Shown: positions 9,401 to 16,100 of the stretch, one piece after another
How positions within the stretch are numbered: the first letter of the stretch is position 1
Layout of the letters: each line of letters begins with the position of its first letter
Assembly: GCA_964057225.1 (NCBI GenBank)
Contig: OZ059895.1
Location: forward strand, 12,710,001-12,774,000
Direction of reading: 5' to 3'
DNA: 64,000 bases
From: Auanema rhodensis
Lineage: Eukaryota; Animalia; Nematoda
Notes under the pieces: generated by a model
Seen by the model: only the letters and a program-made list of their open reading frames with translations
Databases searched by the model: none
Told to the model about the DNA's origin: nothing
Position numbers and translations under genes: made by a program

Positions 9401-9447
9401 GTGGCAGCAGGGTCCAGCAGAGGTTTTGGACCAGTATTGGGCAGCAT
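421..9447 (-). CDS. Gag-Env-Pol polyprotein (~3008 aa from the first ATG at 9447; the ORF track starts at TTG 9492)
   Basis: Gag capsid-like region (APRYDGK...LKQLPTESVQSF...LRSTFTWGL); signal peptide 7740-7681; gB-like ectodomain; TM 4749-4684; protease ALWDTGAS (D at 4374-4372); RT FDLVSGFFQI, MPMGL, YLDD (3063-3052); RNase H ESDGS/IAFASRKL/TDH/DALSR; integrase HHCC, HMDILGP/ITDNGSNF/NGQVERLH, GPY. No stop or frameshift. Confidence 0.95.
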   Translation of the reverse strand: MLPNTGPKPLLDPAATSNIIRRKRQPPATYSPPSAKQAKLSIKTKSMVIHTPRHRGIQKQFTNPKSHEKTKKQKTDIVERNTLEKKIIPNIKPIPKNIASKGNPQNPPTNTIPNTINPINPLIATPRRSNTPTTQKSPTPALSSTTPAVSSSPPLRNSPSSIDHSTSGHSLSPSLPSQTNQANTFVAENKRINPRMDPMDEGAPLTQTSGRAPVPTPTIIPQPAAIPSAIRDIKAPRYDGKTPFNRYLLYLDEHFNATRTTMPERLQSIQLLLEDDRAREAYRKLTTEDKRLGWDHVKKRLSEMITPKKQRERAMHRLHGLKQLPTESVQSFATRCSNEAYSAMDMNNESELNMLRSTFTWGLRPEISEHVSRLDPPNFEEAYEMALREELFIQNRPTSFVNNIEKSFNNLNIRDSKDNNQYQRNESKDFKGTKPMYNGNGKPHNRYPDRYNNQYRPHQHQYRNHNSRFSQNKGSRQNYFDRSRNRSQERPYYRNRDQNYSGHNNRRQSNNHEQYPSQYNRSQYNNYRSRPRSTSNGPERYRERTQSPGVRFQVNNVTENEVPNNKRKSTPFLPLFITIIALIINTCSAETTYQLCTGNRGGIYVEPPSPTACRSTAPTNNHIQKTTAELFIQNLQPKEWEAWKCAIETYQLCIHDVFFIRETNVSLAKVSPTTLQECSSAIKERIFNGTNLQREAPGLYGTPFPETTITNGIWKQECEQRTRFIAERGHMTSLQDNTVLSDIFINDNGCTSDKGQCLTNNALIIWTPPSEKHSCSYTSLGSHEVFISEDTILIPGIQSAFILNNKTPEKEASSCLQKDIFTTNSGTLISFNSTSSLGRSRRHAITEYPKGFLTVHQYPSLRYSASKTGTILLYTTYIQRKRLDIHYNLNNITNMLPKYIAIFKYLGINFDVIKNRLIWHKYEDVNIAILHALGEAEIREATKIAIDNLSYKELTHKLSKRITIKDLKKILPTKTGDYYEIAKEIAYSLAEIPTTLATGETTPSLEEYLYQLMPPRKPRLTKTRNDLELYEQLAQAKIILNAINNPKKLHSKEEYEAEMKKWIKYEKELNLPPLQLPNYTVIFDGDDIFYGFRKRNPTNYSITQEDSEKFYNHYLPLISTPGTRPFATTIRSTSTPLQTTTTTTTTTPKPTTIRNVITSTITPKTHISTTTRPKPTIPTSSSTTTTTTTTTTTTSTTARPRSTTTTTPTTTTTIFTTHRPTQSFSTPQSTFNITTNPITITSSQEYNRKESLTKSPPPRTTKRSITTTRSTPEEISSHIGKKAHVDYLKAKNDIVQKWNEHLHQQETQSHLQYATTNLEDDIIRTFTTNRNNICHVQNKQLLTWWAILQINPTIGMRTMLRRQDISARFINDKLIYVMPCTPIQITKTYRDHKVNSTCFLETPVETEHHGQLFILPGTRDLTPMAHAIPCGFTIKDPWKENDQWTNNNQSINVTSPAYIDELGSINLEHIKFNGSNIFNNLTESTFPMALAISYGSSLATLQATLPGRIKPVIKQRLIPNMNPVTLTAGAASSLLLSYEHTKEAITWKMFDFLSPIWEKIQTWTLRVLAIIGSIIITIGIITLATWIIKIYACSSRIPINNVKWETEYLQPLSTENTRTETSHPSPSAPYVDNHHNSCQLTLYDPSAPIPEHIYEAYFPTSMKKENINYIGGSQLPFVPISIHNHIFKALWDTGASASYMRESTFKQLPAATMVLKQTTAIVANKSKFSFMGYTRILITIGTTETEHKFYVAEDNYCPAPVLLGIDFMEALHQQGIYTSLRPLDKTIVIGTTHVPLARETSPWEHQTTKAYVVSLENKTLRPGETRTLTLEVHDPESYEQAFLDCKKPGNKLSFTPTIFTPTGYGVQIYATNICKQPLEIQMNQEIGIAEAIPKDNQEKYEGQYIPPEARWEEQLPYFPDNFINELDLSEACFSQIEQQQLKEIILLHKQAFLNKDRNIGLFLGPIEHSIPIMPGKTPSFKITYRIPLSQQEEVEKQIEEMLQQRIIEPSNSMTTSPVILVKKKDKTYRFVTDFRALNAITQKQVYVISNIQDILDLAAGARIFSNFDLVSGFFQIPLKKEDRHLTAFTTTSGTYQYCRMPMGLCGSPHTFQNAVRYMQSMVKCKLFVYLDDLLLISESTTAHLKDIEEVLEAVTQIGFKIKLKKCAFARKEVKFLGYIVGQEGIKPDPHKIKAIQDYPQPKSTTGVRAFMGVVNYFRRFIKNAAGIATPLYNLTRKDTPFKWTEEEEIAFNTLKKTLTQAPVLQAPIPKRPYVIESDGSMIAVGAVLLQAKDDQEPLHPIAFASRKLNKAERNYPPIEVEALALTFAVKQFRTYILGTATKIITDHRPLTSLMTRKDLIDRLAKFQIVLQEYDIEIIYRPGKLNSVCDALSRYFEDEINEAKPPAKKKNERKTTEDTIHQINTFTIADIRSVQNQSNWIKETMDKIKNNTAGRQLTDRYIVYNDVLYSKPKRSLQVPRTILPREEHIINPIMKKFHEDPTLGAHLGINKTMDSISRRFTWTGMQEDITNYINRCLACAKRKNNPHEATVEPMKNFPTSTKPWQRVHMDILGPLPRTEQENRYVLSIQDSFSKWIIAIPLIRQTSEEIISAIEKYLFYVFGPPVTIITDNGSNFISNDFTTMCSNFGTTHHTTMPYYKNANGQVERLHRTIEEALTAYVNDEQNDWDKILPKIIFTLNRLPNATTKTSPYECLFGQVARLPIDKNLETPEEQNITDQLKNLRDIQEKVKEKIATNEKRMKQKYDQAHRTKERILDIGDRVFVQRANPSNKLQIRRDGPYRIVTIEGNNISITDQDENIIKAHKNNIRYFPPDDNLISTRNNEEEEEEDQDIANEEEEEETSWNNLDEWEQTNNTENNNNCYPTGSPDTLAQLLPITGNNRGVNEEEIEHNSETPDDLATARRITNSNIQLEDESTTIDRIQEDLRQLTPFSQEEGPNQNDIEDNNAKTYEKLRDQFKNENRKELFEDRNKNSPAIKNWNTCRSTRNRK
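950..4440 (-). other. Pol region of element A (PR, spacer, RT, RNase H, integrase)
   Basis: Catalytic motifs DTG, YLDD, RNase H acidic residues and integrase DDE occur in Ty3/gypsy order. Boundaries are approximate. Confidence 0.93.
4684..7740 (-). other. Envelope glycoprotein domain of element A, herpesvirus gB-like class III fusogen
   Basis: Signal PFLPLFITIIALIINTCSA|ETTYQLC; YQLC..GG....PPSPTAC resembles the gB N-terminal FYVCPPPTGATVV..PRRC; furin site RSRR at 6933-6922; HLQY..ICHVQN..WWAILQINP..ISARF..PC (5520-5299) resembles gB RLQF..WCELQN..LWNEARKLNP..VSARML..TC; many N-x-S/T sequons; C-terminal TM helix. Confidence 0.85.
5640..6070 (-). repeat. Thr-rich mucin-like low-complexity segment within Env (ACT/ACA/ACC codon runs; (GTA)n on + strand)
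   Basis: TTTTTTTTTPKP..SSSTTTTTTTTTTTTSTT in the ORF; gtagtagtagta runs around 5856-5900. Confidence 0.9.
7741..9447 (-). other. Gag region of element A: basic Pro/Ser/Thr-rich N-terminus, capsid domain (~8750-8250), Arg/Asn/Tyr/Gln-rich NC-like tail
   Basis: Capsid C-terminal segment aligns by eye with element B (LRSTFTWGL..PPNFEEAYEMALREE vs LRSTFLRGL..PKTFAEAIDNARWEE). No CCHC knuckle is present. Confidence 0.85.
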
Positions 9448-10682
9448 CGTTGGTATCCTGTAAGGAAATTTGTTATATCCAACGTGTGCCAAAATAATTT
9501 TATATATAGAAAAACGTGAAGAATAATGTTGGGTTTGTGTGCGCGATTCTTATGAAGGTAGCTAGTCTTGCAAGTAATCTCTTTACCAATATAGCTCGTC
9601 CGGGTCTAACACAGGTTTGAAACTAGTGTGCCTTTTCGAAGGGACAAGTTCTATATTGTGAAAAAGGCATGAAATGAAAGTTAATAGTTCGCCAGTCTTT
9701 TGGGACAAGGATACAAAAATAGAATTTTTCGCAATCATTTCATTTTCCCAGACCTCATTAACCTATCTGAGTCACAGGTATGTCAGCTGCCTTCTGCATC
9801 CTGCTCCCTGACTCTATGATGGCGAGACCACTCTTATTATTTGTATCAATGTGGGGCAGATTTTAATTCAAAAATTCTCTAATTATTTCATGGGGCGTAC
9901 GTCTTATCCTGAGTGTCGGCCTCCGCTCGAGTCTCTTGAGTGTCTGGCATTATTCTTAACGAGGGGGGGGATGGTTTTTGCGTATGAGTTAAAACTTATT
10001 GATTAATTTAATTATTTTTCGTTTTTTCAGGTGCTAAGGTAATCGGAATTTGGATACGCTGCGCCTAATAAATATTTTTACTGTCGTGTTTAACACGGGA
10101 TTTCTTGTTTATGAAATTACGGGGGGGGGAAGGGGTGGGTTTATGAGAATACAGTGTAGTAGCATAAGAATAATAGTTTTATAAACGAACATAAAGAAAA
10201 TAATGAAAATATGGTATGATAGGATGATTAAGATAGTATGATAAGATGAAGATTCAGATAATATGATAAGATGATTAAGATTGAGAGGTATAGAAGCAAT
10301 ATTCTTTTTTATTTCTTAATTCTAAATTAATTTTATAAAGAACTTAACTATTTTTGTTCAAAAATGTGAAAATAAACTTATAATTCTTAGAAAAGTTAAT
10401 TATTGAATTTGAATAATTTTCGTATATAGGATTTTGGATAGAGAGAATGATAAATGATATAAGTACTCTTATGAATAATTGAAAATGATTTATGAGAATA
10501 TAATGAATGGAAAACTGAGTTTTTGTAAATAGTTTTTGGATATAATTTTTAATAGAAAAGTTTTAGAGTTTTTAAGAAAATATTATAAGCTAACTTTAAG
10601 AGAGAGATAAGATTTTTAATTGAATAAGAGATGTAGACGGTAGCGCTTGAGTTCCTTTACGAGATCCTGTCCAAAAGGAAGG

Positions 10683-10700
10683 ATCTCGGTGGAACCTCCA
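10683..10700 (-). promoter_or_regulatory. Primer binding site complementary to the tRNA-Gln 3' end
   Basis: The + strand reads ATCTCGGTGGAACCTCCA, the conserved 3' 18 nt (including CCA) of metazoan tRNA-Gln as I recall it, directly adjacent to the LTR. Confidence 0.9.
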
Positions 10701-10829
10701 CGTTCCATTTAGATTCTCAATGGTTCCAAGTTGAGAGATCCAAACAGACTATGAGAAGATGAGTATGATTTTAAATATAAGTGTGTAATGTAAGGTGAAA
10801 TAAGAAACAAAAGATGAAATGTATAAAGG

Positions 10830-10835
10830 TTTATT
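10830..10835 (-). terminator. LTR polyadenylation signal AATAAA (element A)
   Basis: + strand tttatt, ~130 bp from the U5 end; the same offset is seen in element B. Confidence 0.6.
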
Positions 10836-10955
10836 GTTCGCATTATAATATAATTATACCAAGATTAAAGCTAGAGTTAAGAAAGAGAATATAAAGAAGA
10901 TAAAGAGAAAGTAAGATAATGAGATAATGAGATGCCTGAGTCTTGAGGACTCAGG

Positions 10956-10963
10956 TTTATATA
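10956..10963 (-). promoter_or_regulatory. LTR TATA box (TATATAAA)
   Basis: + strand tttatata, ~155 bp inside the LTR start and upstream of the polyA signal. Confidence 0.65.
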
Positions 10964-11206
10964 TCCATACAACTCCTACTCAGTTTACACAAATTGTTAC
11001 AAAGCTTATAAAAAGTGCATCTAGAATATTCTCAGAATTGCTTAAAAACTATCTGCATTAGTTTAATAATAGCAGCTGCCATGGTCAGCTGCTTTCCTTT
11101 GAGATATGTATGTAACATAACGTAGAAAATTACATAACTAACATGAAATTGGAAAAAAAACAATAACGAGGATAAGTATGTAAATCATTGAATATCAGGT
11201 ATTTTC

Positions 11207-11325
11207 GCTTACGACCATACCACGTTGAAAGTACGCCATCCCGTCCGATCTGGCAAGTGAAGCAACGTTGGGCCCGGTTAGTACTTGGATCGGAGACGGC
11301 TTGGGAATCCCGGGTGCCGTAAGCT
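11207..11325 (+). rRNA. 5S rRNA: First 5S rRNA gene (variant C53G)
   Basis: Full-length 5S; AAGTGAAGC in place of the array consensus AAGTCAAGC at 11259. Confidence 0.95.
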
Positions 11326-11339
11326 TTTCAAATTTTTTT
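11325..11339 (+). terminator. Pol III terminator (T4 then T7), repeated in every full unit
   Basis: GCTTTTCAAATTTTTTT directly after the 5S 3' end. Confidence 0.9.
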
Positions 11340-11340
11340 A

Positions 11341-11369
11341 ACGATCATACCACGTTGAAAGTACGCCAT
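11341..11369 (+). pseudogene. 29-bp duplicate of 5S nt 5-33 (one mismatch) downstream of the terminator, in every full unit
   Basis: ACGATCATACCACGTTGAAAGTACGCCAT vs gene ACGACCATACCACGTTGAAAGTACGCCAT, 130 bp apart. Confidence 0.92.
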
Positions 11370-11734
11370 GCAGCTGATTTTCAATTTTATCTCTTCAGTA
11401 ACAAATGTTTTTAATTTTCCAGCAGTTTTACTTAGATAGCTCAACCCAAGGCATCAAAATATCTTCAATCTTATTTCTATATTACAGTTATAAACCAGTA
11501 GTTTATGAACCTTCATCTTAACTTTACTGTTTCTATCTATTTCCTATTGAAACAAACATTGTTTTAACACTATACAACTGTGAAACCTTTTTTAATTTAT
11601 TGTATTTGGAGCTCATAAGATTTGATATCATCGAGGAATTTAGATGTAACGTAGAAAATTACATAACTAACATGAAATTGAAAAAAAACAATAACGAGGA
11701 TAAGTATGTAAATCATTGAATATCAGATTTTTTC

Positions 11735-11767
11735 GCTTACGACCATACCACGTTGAAAGTACGCCAT
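11735..11767 (+). pseudogene. Truncated 5S (nt 1-33 only), first of 15 copies
   Basis: GCTTACGACC...CGCCAT joined directly to GCAGCTG spacer. Starts at 11735, 12133, 15705, 16632, 17560, 21132, 23646, 25631, 29732, 31717, 33174, 34631, 42437, 45481, 53815. Confidence 0.95.
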
Positions 11768-13060
11768 GCAGCTGATTTTCAATTTTATCTCTTCCGTAAC
11801 AAATGTTTTTAATTTTCCAGCAGTTTTACTTAGATAGCTCAACCCAAGGCATCAAAATATCTTCAATCTTATTTCTATATTACAGTTATAAACCAGTAGT
11901 TTATGAACCTTCATCTTAACTTTACTGTTTCTATCTATTTCCTATTGAAACAAACATTGTTTTAACACTATACAACTGTGAAACCTTTTTTAATTTATTG
12001 TATTTGGAGCTCATAAGATTTGATATCATCGAGGAATTTAGATGTAACGTAGAAAATTACATAACTAACATGAAATTGAAAAAAAACAATAACGAGGATA
12101 AGTATGTAAATCATTGAATATCAGATTTTTTCGCTTACGACCATACCACGTTGAAAGTACGCCATGCAGCTGATTTTCAATTTTATCTCTTCCGTAACAA
12201 ATGTTTTTAATTTTCCAGCAGTTTTACTTAGATAGCTCAACCCAAGGCATCAAAATATCTTCAATCTTATTTCTATATTACAGTTATAAACCAGTAGTTT
12301 ATGAACCTTCATCTTAACTTTACTGTTTCTATCTATTTCCTATTGGAACAAACATTGTTTTAACACTATACAACTGTGAAACCTTTTTTAATTTATTGTA
12401 TTTGGAGCTCATAAGATTTGATATCATCGAGGAATTTAGATGTAACGTAGAAAATTACATAACTAACATGAAATTGGAAAAAAAACAATAACGAGGATAA
12501 GTATGTAAATCATTGAATATCAGGTATTTTCGCTTACGACCATACCACGTTGAAAGTACGCCATCCCGTCCGATCTGGCAAGTCAAGCAACGTTGGGCCC
12601 GGTTAGTACTTGGATCGGAGACGGCTTGGGAATCCCGGGTGCCGTAAGCTTTTCAAATTTTTTTAACGATCATACCACGTTGAAAGTACGCCATGCAGCT
12701 GATTTTCAATTTTATCTCTTCAGTAACAAATGTTTTTAATTTTCCAGCAGTTTTACTTAGATAGCTCAACCCAAGGCATCAAAATATCTTCAATCTTATT
12801 TCTATATTACAGTTATAAACCAGTAGTTTATGAACCTTCATCTTAACTTTACTGTTTCTATCTATTTCCTATTGAAACAAACATTGTTTTAACACTATAC
12901 AACTGTGAAACCTTTTTTAATTTATTGTATTTGGAGCTCATAAGATTTGATATCATCGAGTAATTTAGATGTAACGTAGAAAATTACATAACTAACATGA
13001 AATTGGAAAAAAAACAATAACGAGGATAAGTATGTAAATCATTGAATATCAGGTATTTTC

Positions 13061-13179
13061 GCTTACGACCATACCACGTTGAAAGTACGCCATCCCGTCC
13101 GATCTGGCAAGTCAAGCAACGTTGGGCCCGGTTAGTACTTGGATCGGAGACGGCTTGGGAATCCCGGGTGCCGTAAGCT
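13061..13179 (+). rRNA. 5S rRNA: Representative consensus 5S rRNA gene
   Basis: 5' GCTTACG pairs with 3' CGTAAGC (helix I); internal control region AGTCAAGCAACG...GTACTTGGATCGGAG. Confidence 0.98.
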
Positions 13180-16100
13180 TTTCAAATTTTTTTAACGATC
13201 ATACCACGTTGAAAGTACGCCATGCAGCTGATTTTCAATTTTATCTCTTCAGTAACAAATGTTTTTAATTTTCCAGCAGTTTTACTTAGATAGCTCAACC
13301 CAAGGCATCAAAATATCTTCAATCTTATTTCTATATTACAGTTATAAACCAGTAGTTTATGAACCTTCATCTTAACTTTACTGTTTCTATCTATTTCCTA
13401 TTGAAACAAACATTGTTTTAACACTATACAACTGTGAAACCTTTTTTAATTTATTGTATTTGGAGCTCATAAGATTTGATATCATCGAGGAATTTAGATG
13501 TAACGTAGAAAATTACATAACTAACATGAAATTGGAAAAAAAACAATAACGAGGATAAGTATGTAAATCATTGAATATCAGGTATTTTCGCTTACGACCA
13601 TACCACGTTGAAAGTACGCCATCCCGTCCGATCTGGCAAGTCAAGCAACGTTGGGCCCGGTTAGTACTTGGATCGGAGACGGCTTGGGAATCCCGGGTGC
13701 CGTAAGCTTTTCAAATTTTTTTAACGATCATACCACGTTGAAAGTACGCCATGCAGCTGATTTTCAATTTTATCTCTTCAGTAACAAATGTTTTTAATTT
13801 TCCAGCAGTTTTACTTAGATAGCTCAACCCAAGGCATCAAAATATCTTCAATCTTATTTCTATATTACAGTTATAAACCAGTAGTTTATGAACCTTCATC
13901 TTAACTTTACTGTTTCTATCTATTTCCTATTGAAACAAACATTGTTTTAACACTATACAACTGTGAAACCTTTTTTAATTTATTGTATTTGGAGCTCATA
14001 AGATTTGATATCATCGAGGAATTTAGATGTAACGTAGAAAATTACATAACTAACATGAAATTGGAAAAAAAACAATAACGAGGATAAGTATGTAAATCAT
14101 TGAATATCAGATTTTTTCGCTTACGACCATACCACGTTGAAAGTACGCCATCCCGTCCGATCTGGCAAGTCAAGCAACGTTGGGCCCGGTTAGTACTTGG
14201 ATCGAAGACGGCTTGGGAATCCCGGGTGCCGTAAGCTTTTCAAATTTTTTTAACGATCATACCACGTTGAAAGTACGCCATGCAGCTGATTTTCAATTTT
14301 ATCTCTTCAGTAACAAATGTTTTTAATTTTCCAGCAGTTTTACTTAGATAGCTCAACCCAAGGCATCAAAATATCTTCAATCTTATTTCTATATTACAGT
14401 TATAAACCAGTAGTTTATGAACCTTCATCTTAACTTTACTGTTTCTATCTATTTCCTATTGAAACAAACATTGTTTTAACACTATACAACTGTGAAACCT
14501 TTTTTAATTTATTGTATTTGGAGCTCATAAGATTTGATATCATCGAGGAATTTAGATGTAACGTAGAAAATTACATAACTAACATGAAATTGGAAAAAAA
14601 ACAATAACGAGGATAAGTATGTAAATCATTGAATATCAGGTATTTTCGCTTACGACCATACCACGTTGAAAGTACGCCATCCCGTCCGATCTGGCAAGTC
14701 AAGCAACGTTGGGCCCGGTTAGTACTTGGATCGGAGACGGCTTGGGAATCCCGGGTGCCGTAAGCTTTTCAAATTTTTTTAACGATCATACCACGTTGAA
14801 AGTACGCCATGCAGCTGATTTTCAATTTTATCTCTTCAGTAACAAATGTTTTTAATTTTCCAGCAGTTTTACTTAGATAGCTCAACCCAAGGCATCAAAA
14901 TATCTTCAATCTTATTTCTATGTTACAGTTATAAACCAGTAGTTTATGAACCTTCATCTTAACTTTACTGTTTCTATCTATTTCCTATTGAAACAAACAT
15001 TGTTTTAACACTATACAACTGTGAAACCTTTTTTAATTTATTGTATTTGGAGCTCATAAGATTTGATATCATCGAGGAATTTAGATGTAACGTAGAAAAT
15101 TACATAACTAACATGAAATTGGAAAAAAAACAATAACGAGGATAAGTATGTAAATCATTGAATATCAGGTATTTTCGCTTACGACCATACCACGTTGAAA
15201 GTACGCCATCCCGTCCGATCTGGCAAGTCAAGCAACGTTGGGCCCGGTTAGTACTTGGATCGGAGACGGCTTGGGAATCCCGGGTGCCGTAAGCTTTTCA
15301 ATTTTTTTTAACGATCATACCACGTTGAAAGTACGCAATGCAGCTGATTTTCAATTTTATCTCTTCCGTAACAAATGTTTTTAATTTTCCAGCAGTTTTA
15401 CTTAGATAGCTCAACCCAAGGCATCAAAATATCTTCAATCTTATTTCTATATTACAGTTATAAACCAGTAGTTTATGAACCTTCATCTTAACTTTACTGT
15501 TTCTATCTATTTCCTATTGAAACAAACATTGTTTAAACACTATACAACTGTGAAACCTTTTTTAATTTATTGTATTTGGAGCTCATAAGATTTGATATCA
15601 TCGAGGAATTTAGATGTAACGTAGAAAATTACATAACTAACATGAAATTGAAAAAAAACAATAACGAGGATAAGTATGTAAATCATTGAATATCAGATTT
15701 TTTCGCTTACGACCATACCACGTTGAAAGTACGCCATGCAGCTGATTTTCAATTTTATCTCTTCAGTAACAAATGTTTTTAATTTTCCAGCAGTTTTACT
15801 TAGATAGCTCAACCCAAGGCATCAAAATATCTTCAATCTTATTTCTATATTACAGTTATAAACCAGTAGTTTATGAACCTTCATCTTAACTTTACTGTTT
15901 CTATCTATTTCCTATTGAAACAAACATTGTTTTAACACTATACAACTGTGAAACCTTTTTTAATTTATTGTATTTGGAGCTCATAAGATTTGATATCATC
16001 GAGGAATTTAGATGTAACGTAGAAAATTACATAACTAACATGAAATTGGAAAAAAAACAATAACGAGGATAAGTATGTAAATCATTGAATATCAGATTTT

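Larger units (their letters stand above)
1..11117 (-). mobile_element. Element A: Ty3/gypsy (Metaviridae)-type LTR retroelement with an internal envelope gene; 3' LTR lies left of the window
   Basis: 5' LTR at 10701-11117, tRNA-Gln PBS at 10683-10700, ~1.2 kb leader, and an intact ~3000-aa ORF with PR-RT-RH-IN order. There is a sharp junction with the 5S spacer at 11117/11118 (TGTAACA|TAACGTAGAAAA). Confidence 0.95.
10701..11117 (-). repeat. 5' LTR of element A (~417 bp; TGTTACA...TGGAACG on the - strand)
   Basis: Bounded by the PBS on one side and the 5S spacer on the other; contains TATA then AATAAA in U3-R-U5 order. The partner LTR is outside the window. Confidence 0.85.

Noticed and set aside
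421-9447. BEL/Pao classification or phlebovirus-type class II env
   Set aside because: RT and RNase H motifs and the knuckle-less Gag fit Ty3/gypsy; the Env has a gB-like central helix rather than a Gn/Gc pattern.
10683-10700. tRNA-Gln gene
   Set aside because: Only the 3' 18 nt including CCA are present, so it is a PBS and not a gene.
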